Both the position numbers and the translations under genes were made by a program. Shown here piece by piece: positions 54,872 to 64,000 of a stretch of 64,000 bases of DNA (position 1 is its first letter; every line of letters begins with the position of its first letter). The DNA lies in assembly GCA_964057225.1 (NCBI GenBank), contig OZ059894.1, positions 4,836,001 through 4,900,000 on the forward strand, read 5' to 3'. The stretch comes from Auanema rhodensis (Eukaryota; Animalia; Nematoda). The notes beneath the pieces are model-generated. The model had not been told where the DNA came from, made no database searches, and worked only from the letters and a program-made list of their open reading frames with translations.

Positions 54872-54877
54872 GGGGAA
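54872..54877 (+). promoter_or_regulatory. Short polypurine tract (plus-strand primer)
   Basis: GGGGAA immediately abuts the TG of the 3' LTR. Confidence 0.75.
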
Positions 54878-55092
54878 TGTTCTGTGGATTCACAGAAAAT
54901 CAGTTCTTTTTAGATCATTTTTTGTGATATTGAATTGTGGAATCGGTTGAATCTACGTGAAACATTTACGTGATCTCTTTATACCCTTTTTCCAATTTTA
55001 TTCTTATACGTTGTACCAAACCCATCCGGTTGTTCGGATAATAAGTAAATAAATCATTATATATAAATATATGTTTCTATTAATTTGAGACA
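54878..55092 (+). repeat. 3' LTR (215 bp)
   Basis: TGTTCTGTGG...TTTGAGACA, preceded by a purine tract and followed by the TSD. Confidence 0.97.
55048..55053 (+). terminator. Candidate polyadenylation signal AATAAA in the 3' LTR (copy at 48400-48405)
   Basis: AATAAA lies ~40 nt before the LTR end. The AT-rich context weakens the evidence. Confidence 0.45.
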
Positions 55093-55097
55093 TTGAG
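55093..55097 (+). repeat. Right target-site duplication TTGAG
   Basis: Directly follows the LTR-terminal CA; the satellite continues TGTACATGG. Confidence 0.93.
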
Positions 55098-58000
55098 TGT
55101 ACATGGAAACTCAACATACACTAATGCATCATTTTTCAAACGATCATAACTAATTTTTGTATCAAGCGTTTTTCAATGTAGTATAGTGCATTCGATGCGG
55201 ATTTTTAAGCTGCGTCGATCTGTGTTATCAGATTTGCGCTAGCTTAAAAATGCACCGAGATATCAACTGATACAAGTTCACACTTATATCCTCGATTTTC
55301 ACCCTGAAGAAATAATTTTTTCGTTGAACAACATTGTCCATCGTCTTTGCCTTGAAAAAAGGATTCTAAAAACATCTACTTTTTGCTAAATTATTTTGAA
55401 ATTTTTCGAAAAAATTTTTGTCAAAATTTTTTGGAAGCAATGTTGAGTGTACATGGAAACTCAACATACACTAATGCATCATTTTTCAAACGATCATAAC
55501 TAATTTTTGTATCAAGCGTTTTTCAATGTAGTATAGTGCATTCGATGCGGATTTTTAAGCTGCGTCGATCTGTGTTATCAGATTTGCGCTAGCTTAAAAA
55601 TGCACCGAGATATCAACTGATACAAGTTCACACTTATATCCTCGATTTTCACCCTGAAGAAATAATTTTTTCGTTGAACAACATTGTCCATCGTCTTTGC
55701 CTTGAAAAAAGGATTCTAAAAACATCTACTTTTTGCTAAATTATTTTGAAATTTTTCGAAAAAATTTTTGTCAAAATTTTTTGGAAGCAATGTTGAGTGT
55801 ACATGGAAACTCAACATACACTAATGCATCATTTTTCAAACGATCATAACTAATTTTTGTATCAAGCGTTTTTCAATGTAGTATAGTGCATTCGATGCGG
55901 ATTTTTAAGCTGCGTCGATCTGTGTTATCAGATTTGCGCTAGCTTAAAAATGCACCGAGATATCAACTGATACAAGTTCACACTTATATCCTCGATTTTC
56001 ACCCTGAAGAAATAATTTTTTCGTTGAATAACATTGTCCATCGTCTTTGCCTTAAAAAAAGGATTCTAAAAACATCTACTTTTTGCTAAATTATTTTGAA
56101 ATTTTTCGAAAAAATTTTTGTCAAAATGTTTTTGGAAGCAGTGTTGAGTGTACATGGAAACTCAACATACACTAATGCATCATTTTTCAAACGATCATAA
56201 CTAATTTTTGTATTAAGCTTCTCTCAATGTAGTATAGTGCATTCGATGCGGATTTTTAAGCTGCGTCGATCTGTGTTATCAGATTTGCGATAGCTTAAAA
56301 ATGCACCGAGATATCAACTGATATAAGTTCACACTTATATCCTCGATTTTCACCCTGAAGAATTAATTTTTTCGTTGAATAACATTGTCTATCGTCTTTG
56401 CGTTGAAAAATGGAATCTAAAAACATCTACTTTTTGCTAAATTATTTTGAAATTCTTCGAAAAAATTTTTGTCAAAATGTTTTTGGAAGCAATGTTGAGT
56501 GTACATGGAAACTCAACATACACTAATGCATCATTTTTCAAACGATCATAACTAATTTTTATATTAAGCGTTTCTCAATGTAGTATAGTGCATTTGATGC
56601 GGATTTTTAAGCTGCGTCGATCTGTGTTATCAGATTTGCGCTAGCTTAAAAATGCACCGAGATATCAACTGATATAAGTTCACACTTATATCCTCGATTT
56701 TCACCCTGAAGAAATAATTTTTTCGTTGAATAACATTGTCCATCGTCTTTGCCTTGAAAAAAGGATTCTAAAAACATCTACTTTTTGCTAAATTATTTTG
56801 AAATTTTTCGAAAAAATTTTTGTCAAAATTTTTTGGAAGCAATGTTGAGTGTACATGGAAACTCAACATACACTAATGCATCATTTTTCAAACGATCATA
56901 ACTAATTTCTGTATTAAGCTTCTCTCAATGTAGTATAGTGCATTCGATGCGGATTTTTAAGCTGCGTCGATCTGTGTTATCAGATTTGCGCTAGCTTAAA
57001 AATGCACCGAGATATCAACTGATATAAGTTCACACTTATATCCTCGATTTTCACCCTGAAGAATTAATTTTTTCGTTGAATAACATTGTCTATCGTCTTT
57101 GCGTTGAAAAATGGAATCTAAAAACATCTACTTTTTGCTAAATTATTTTGAAATTTTTCGAAAAAATTTTTGTCAAAATGTTTTTGGAAGCAATGTTGAG
57201 TGTACATGGAAACTCAACATACACTAATGCATCATTTTTCAAACGATCATAACTAATTTTTATATTAAGCGTTTCTCAATGTAGTATAGTGCATTCGATG
57301 CGGATTTTTAAGCTGCGTCGATCTGTGTTATCAGATTTGCGCTAGCTTAAAAATGCACCGAGATATCAACTGATATAAGTTCACACTTATATCCTCGATT
57401 TTCACCCTGAAGAAATAATTTTTTCGTTGAATAACATTGTCCATCGTCTTTGCCTTGAAAAAAGGTTTCTAAAAACATCTACTTTTTGCTAAATTATTTT
57501 GAAATTTTTCGAAAAAATTTTTGTCAAAATTTTTTGGAAGCAATGTTGAGTGTACATAGAAACTCAACATACACTAATGCATCATTTTTCAAACGATCAT
57601 AACTAATTTTTGTATTAAGCGTTTTTCAATGTAGTATAGTGCATTCGATGCGGATTTTTAAGCTGCGTCGATCTGTGTTATCAGATTTGCGCTAGCTTAA
57701 AAATGCACCGAGATATCAACTGATATAAGTTCACACTTATATCCTCGATTTTCACCCTGAAGAAATAATTTTTTCGTTGAATAACATTGTCCATCGTCTT
57801 TGCCTTGAAAAAAGGTTTCTAAAAACATCTACTTTTTGCTAAATTATTTTGAAATTTTTCGAAAAAATTTTTGTCAAAATTTTTTGGAAGCAATGTTGAG
57901 TGTACATAGAAACTCAACATACACTAATGCATCATTTTTCAAACGATCATAACTAATTTTTGTATTAAGCGTTTTTCAATGTAGTATAGTGCATTCGATG

Positions 58001-61000
58001 CGGATTTTTAAGCTGCGTCGATCTGTGTTATCAGATTTGCGCTAGCTTAAAAATGCACCGAGATATCAACTGATATAAGTTCACACTTATATCCTCGATT
58101 TTCACCCTGAAGAAATAATTTTTTCGTTGAATAACTTTGTCCATCGTCTTTGCCTTGAAAAAAGGATTCTAAAAACATCTACTTTTTGCTAAATTATCTT
58201 GAAATTTTTCGAAAAAATTTTTGTCAAAATTTTTTGGAAGCAATGTTGAGTGTACATGGAAACTCAACATACACTAATGCATCATTTTTCAAACGATCAT
58301 AACTAATTTTTGTATCAAGCGTTTTTCAATGTAGTATAGTGCATTCGATGCGGATTTTTAAGCTGCGTCGATCTGTGTTATCAGATTTGCGCTAGCTTAA
58401 AAATGCACCGAGATATCAACTGATACAAGTTCACACTTATATCCTCGATTTTCACCCTGAAGAAATAATTTTTTCGTTGAATAACATTGTCCATCGTCTT
58501 TGCCTTGAAAAAAGGATTCTAAAAACATTTACTTTTTGCTAAATTATTTTGAAATTTTTCGAAAAAATTTTTGTCAAAATGTTTTTGGAAGCAGTGTTGA
58601 GTGTACATGGAAACTCAACATACACTAATGCATCATTTTTCAAACGATCATAACTAATTTTTGTATTAAGCTTCTCTCAATGTAGTATAGTGCATTCGAT
58701 GCGGATTTTTGAGCTGCGTCGATCTGTGTTATCAGATTTGCGCTAGCTTAAAAATGCACCGAGATATCAACTGATATAAGTTCACACTTATATCCTCGAT
58801 TTTCACCCTGAAGAAATAATTTTTTCGTTGAATAACATTGTCCATCGTCTTTGCCTTGAAAAAAGGATTCTAAAAACATCTACTTTTTGCTAAATTATTT
58901 TGAAATTTTTCGAAAAAATTTTTGTCAAAATTTTTTGGAAGCAATGTTGAGTGTACATGGAAACTCAACATACACTAATGCATCATTTTTCAAACGATCA
59001 TAACTAATTTTTGTATCAAGCGTTTTTCAATGTAGTATAGTGCATTCGATGCGGATTTTTAAGCTGCGTCGATCTGTGTTATCAGATTTGCGCTAGCTTA
59101 AAAATGCACCGAGATATCAACTGATATAAGTTCATACTTATATCCTCGATTTTCACCCTGAAGAAATAATTTTTTCGTTGAATAACATTGTCCATCGTCT
59201 TTGCCTTGAAAAAAGGATCCTAAAAACATCTACTTTTTGCTAAATTATTTTGAAATTTTTCGAAAAAATTTTTGTCAAAATTTTTTGGAAGCAATGTTGA
59301 GTGTACATGGAAACTCAACATACACTAATGCATCATTTTTCAAACGATCATAACTAATTTTTGTATCAAGCGTTTTTCAATGTAGTATAGTGCATTCGAT
59401 GCGGATTTTTAAGCTGCGTCGATCTGTGTTATCAGATTTGCGCTAGCTTAAAAATGCACCGAGATATCAACTGATACAAGTTCACACTTATATCCTCGAT
59501 TTTCACCCTGAAGAAATAATTTTTTCGTTGAATAACATTGTCCATCGTCTTTGCCTTGAAAAAAGGATTCTAAAAACATCTACTTTTTGCTAAATTATTT
59601 TGAAATTTTTCGAAAAAATTTTTGTCAAAATGTTTTTGGAAGCAGTGTTGAGTGTACATGGAAACTCAACATACACTAATGCATCATTTTTCAAACGATC
59701 ATAACTAATTTTTGTATCAAGCGTTTTTCAATGTAGTATAGTGCATTCGATGCGGATTTTTAAGCTGCGTCGATCTGTGTTATCAGATTTGCGCTAGCTT
59801 AAAAATGCACCGAGATATCAACTGATACAAGTTCACACTTATATCCTCGATTTTCACCCTGAAGAAATAATTTTTTCGTTGAATAACATTGTCCATCGTC
59901 TTTGCCTTGAAAAAAGGATTCTAAAAACATTTACTTTTTGCTAAATTATTTTGAAATTTTTCGAAAAAATTTTTGTCAAAATGTTTTTGGAAGCAGTGTT
60001 GAGTGTACATGGAAACTCAACATACACTAATGCATCATTTTTCAAACGATCATAACTAATTTTTGTATCAAGCGTTTTTCAATGTAGTATAGTGCATTCG
60101 ATGCGGATTTTTAAGCTGCGTCGATCTGTGTTATCAGATTTGCGCTAGCTTAAAAATGCACCGAGATATCAACTGATATAAGTTCATACTTATATCCTCG
60201 ATTTTCACCCTGAAGAAATAATTTTTTCGTTGAATAACATTGTCCATCGTCTTTGCCTTGAAAAAAGGATCCTAAAAACATCTACTTTTTGCTAAATTAT
60301 TTTGAAATTTTTCGAAAAAATTTTTGTCAAAATTTTTTGGAAGCAATGTTGAGTGTACATGGAAACTCAACATACACTAATGCATCATTTTTCAAACGAT
60401 CATAACTAATTTTTGTATCAAGCGTTTTTCAATGTAGTATAGTGCATTCGATGCGGATTTTTAAGCTGCGTCGATCTGTGTTATCAGATTTGCGCTAGCT
60501 TAAAAATGCACCGAGATATCAACTGATACAAGTTCACACTTATATCCTCGATTTTCACCCTGAAGAAATAATTTTTTCGTTGAATAACATTGTCCATCGT
60601 CTTTGCCTTAAAAAAAGGATTCTAAAAACATCTACTTTTTGCTAAATTATTTTGAAATTTTTCGAAAAAATTTTTGTCAAAATTTTTTGGAAGCAGTGTT
60701 GAGTGTACATGGAAACTCAAAATACACTAATGCATCATTTTTCAAACGATCATAACTAATTTCTGTATTAAGCTTCTCTCAATGTAGTATAGTGCATTCG
60801 ATGCGGATTTTTAAGCTGCGTCGATCTGTGTTATCAGATTTGCGCTAGCTTAAAAATGCACCGAGATATCAACTGATATAAGTTCACACTTATATCCTCG
60901 ATTTTCACCCTGAAGAATTAATTTTTTCGTTGAATAACATTGTCTATCGTCTTTGCGTTGAAAAATGGAATCTAAAAACATCTACTTTTTGCTAAATTAT

Positions 61001-64000
61001 TTTGAAATTTTTCGAAAAAATTTTTGTCAAAATGTTTTTGGAAGCAATGTTGAGTGTACATGGAAACTCAACATACACTAATGCATCATTTTTCAAACGA
61101 TCATAACTAATTTTTATATTAAGCGTTTCTCAATGTAGTATAGTGCATTCGATGCGGATTTTTAAGCTGCGTCGATCTGTGTTATCAGATTTGCGCTAGC
61201 TTAAAAATGCACCGAGATATCAACTGATATAAGTTCACACTTATATCCTCGATTTTCACCCTGAAGAAATAATTTTTTCGTTGAATAACATTGTCCATCG
61301 TCTTTGCCTTGAAAAAAGGATTCTAAAAACATCTACTTTTTGCTAAATTATTTTGAAATTTTTCGAAAAAATTTTTGTCAAAATGTTTTTGGAAGCAGTG
61401 TTGAGTGTACATGGAAACTCAACATACACTAATGCATCATTTTTCAAACGATCATAACTAATTTTTGTATCAAGCGTTTTTCAATGTAGTATAGTGCATT
61501 CGATGCGGATTTTTAAGCTGCGTCGATCTGTGTTATCAGATTTGCGCTAGCTTAAAAATGCACCGAGATATCAACTGATACAAGTTCACACTTATATCCT
61601 CGATTTTCACCCTGAAGAAATAATTTTTTCGTTGAATAACATTGTCCATCGTCTTTGCCTTGAAAAAAGGATTCTAAAAACATTTACTTTTTGCTAAATT
61701 ATTTTGAAATTTTTCGAAAAAATTTTTGTCAAAATGTTTTTGGAAGCAGTGTTGAGTGTACATGGAAACTCAACATACACTAATGCATCATTTTTCAAAC
61801 GATCATAACTAATTTTTGTATCAAGCGTTTTTCAATGTAGTATAGTGCATTCGATGCGGATTTTTAAGCTGCGTCGATCTGTGTTATCAGATTTGCGCTA
61901 GCTTAAAAATGCACCGAGATATCAACTGATATAAGTTCATACTTATATCCTCGATTTTCACCCTGAAGAAATAATTTTTTCGTTGAATAACATTGTCCAT
62001 CGTCTTTGCCTTGAAAAAAGGATCCTAAAAACATCTACTTTTTGCTAAATTATTTTGAAATTTTTCGAAAAAATTTTTGTCAAAATTTTTTGGAAGCAAT
62101 GTTGAGTGTACATGGAAACTCAACATACACTAATGCATCATTTTTCAAACGATCATAACTAATTTTTGTATCAAGCGTTTTTCAATGTAGTATAGTGCAT
62201 TCGATGCGGATTTTTAAGCTGCGTCGATCTGTGTTATCAGATTTGCGCTAGCTTAAAAATGCACCGAGATATCAACTGATACAAGTTCACACTTATATCC
62301 TCGATTTTCACCCTGAAGAAATAATTTTTTCGTTGAATAACATTGTCCATCGTCTTTGCCTTAAAAAAAGGATTCTAAAAACATCTACTTTTTGCTAAAT
62401 TATTTTGAAATTTTTCGAAAAAATTTTTGTCAAAATTTTTTGGAAGCAGTGTTGAGTGTACATGGAAACTCAAAATACACTAATGCATCATTTTTCAAAC
62501 GATCATAACTAATTTCTGTATTAAGCTTCTCTCAATGTAGTATAGTGCATTCGATGCGGATTTTTAAGCTGCGTCGATCTGTGTTATCAGATTTGCGCTA
62601 GCTTAAAAATGCACCGAGATATCAACTGATATAAGTTCACACTTATATCCTCGATTTTCACCCTGAAGAATTAATTTTTTCGTTGAATAACATTGTCTAT
62701 CGTCTTTGCGTTGAAAAATGGAATCTAAAAACATCTACTTTTTGCTAAATTATTTTGAAATTTTTCGAAAAAATTTTTGTCAAAATGTTTTTGGAAGCAA
62801 TGTTGAGTGTACATGGAAACTCAACATACACTAATGCATCATTTTTCAAACGATCATAACTAATTTTTATATTAAGCGTTTCTCAATGTAGTATAGTGCA
62901 TTCGATGCGGATTTTTAAGCTGCGTCGATCTGTGTTATCAGATTTGCGCTAGCTTAAAAATGCACCGAGATATCAACTGATATAAGTTCACACTTATATC
63001 CTCGATTTTCACCCTGAAGAAATAATTTTTTCGTTGAATAACATTGTCCATCGTCTTTGCCTTGAAAAAAGGATTCTAAAAACATCTACTTTTTGCTAAA
63101 TTATTTTGAAATTTTTCGAAAAAATTTTTGTCAAAATTTTTTGGAAGCAATGTTGAGTGTACATAGAAACTCAACATACACTAATGCATCATTTTTCAAA
63201 CGATCATAACTAATTTTTGTATCAAGCGTTTTTCAATGTAGTATAGTGCATTCGATGCGGATTTTTAAGCTGCGTCGATCTGTGTTATCAGATTTGCGCT
63301 AGCTTAAAAATGCACCGAGATATCAACTGATATAAGTTCACACTTATATCCTCGATTTTCACCCTGAAGAAATAATTTTTTCGTTGAATAACTTTGTCCA
63401 TCGTCTTTGCCTTGAAAAAAGGATTCTAAAAACATCTACTTTTTGCTAAATTATCTTGAAATTTTTCGAAAAAATTTTTGTCAAAATTTTTTGGAAGCAA
63501 TGTTGAGTGTACATGGAAACTCAACATACACTAATGCATCATTTTTCAAACGATCATAACTAATTTTTGTATCAAGCGTTTTTCAATGTAGTATAGTGCA
63601 TTCGATGCGGATTTTTAAGCTGCGTCGATCTGTGTTATCAGATTTGCGCTAGCTTAAAAATGCACCGAGATATCAACTGATACAAGTTCACACTTATATC
63701 CTCGATTTTCACCCTGAAGAAATAATTTTTTCGTTGAATAACATTGTCCATCGTCTTTGCCTTGAAAAAAGGATTCTAAAAACATTTACTTTTTGCTAAA
63801 TTATTTTGAAATTTTTCGAAAAAATTTTTGTCAAAATGTTTTTGGAAGCAGTGTTGAGTGTACATGGAAACTCAACATACACTAATGCATCATTTTTCAA
63901 ACGATCATAACTAATTTTTGTATTAAGCTTCTCTCAATGTAGTATAGTGCATTCGATGCGGATTTTTGAGCTGCGTCGATCTGTGTTATCAGATTTGCGC
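55093..64000. repeat. Tandem satellite DNA array, 351/350-bp monomer (right arm, ~25 copies)
   Basis: The same monomer resumes in register right after the 3' LTR (TTGAGTGTACATGGAAACTCAACATACACT...), in the same orientation, and continues to the window end. Confidence 0.99.

Larger units (their letters stand above)
48230..55092 (+). mobile_element. Full-length BEL/Pao (Belpaoviridae) LTR retrotransposon, 6,863 bp
   Basis: Two identical LTRs with TGT...ACA termini, 5-bp TSD, PBS and PPT. Gag has a DUF1759-like region and three Cys/His knuckles. Pol domain order is PR-RT-RNaseH-IN with BEL/Pao signature motifs. Confidence 0.97.

Noticed and set aside
54545-54877. env-like third ORF
   Set aside because: Only ~330 bp lie between the pol stop and the 3' LTR. 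The ATG-initiated ORF I noticed there is only ~20 codons.

Overview
Eukaryotic heterochromatin-like window. About 89% is a head-to-tail array of a 351-bp, ~32% GC satellite monomer (~138 copies left, ~25 copies right, all in one orientation). It is interrupted once by an apparently intact and very young 6,863-bp BEL/Pao LTR retrotransposon (48230-55092). The element has identical 215-bp LTRs, a 5-bp TSD (TTGAG), a tRNA-Gly-type PBS, a short PPT, and separate gag and pol ORFs that meet in an ATGA stop/start overlap preceded by an in-frame A_AAU_UUU slippery heptamer. The satellite monomer is rich in dyad symmetry, including a ~70-nt hairpin, and the element inserted into the arm of one monomer hairpin. 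The insertion lies about 60 bp from the only large structural lesion I found in the array, a 193-bp deletion with 14-nt filler. Diagnostic SNPs reveal nested 1- to 20-monomer duplications and regional variant domains. The host is probably an AT-rich invertebrate, possibly a nematode (inference from the YVDN RT motif and Gly PBS). No prokaryotic genes, CRISPR arrays or RNA genes are supported. The element belongs to a known superfamily; whether this family or this satellite is undescribed cannot be decided without database searches.
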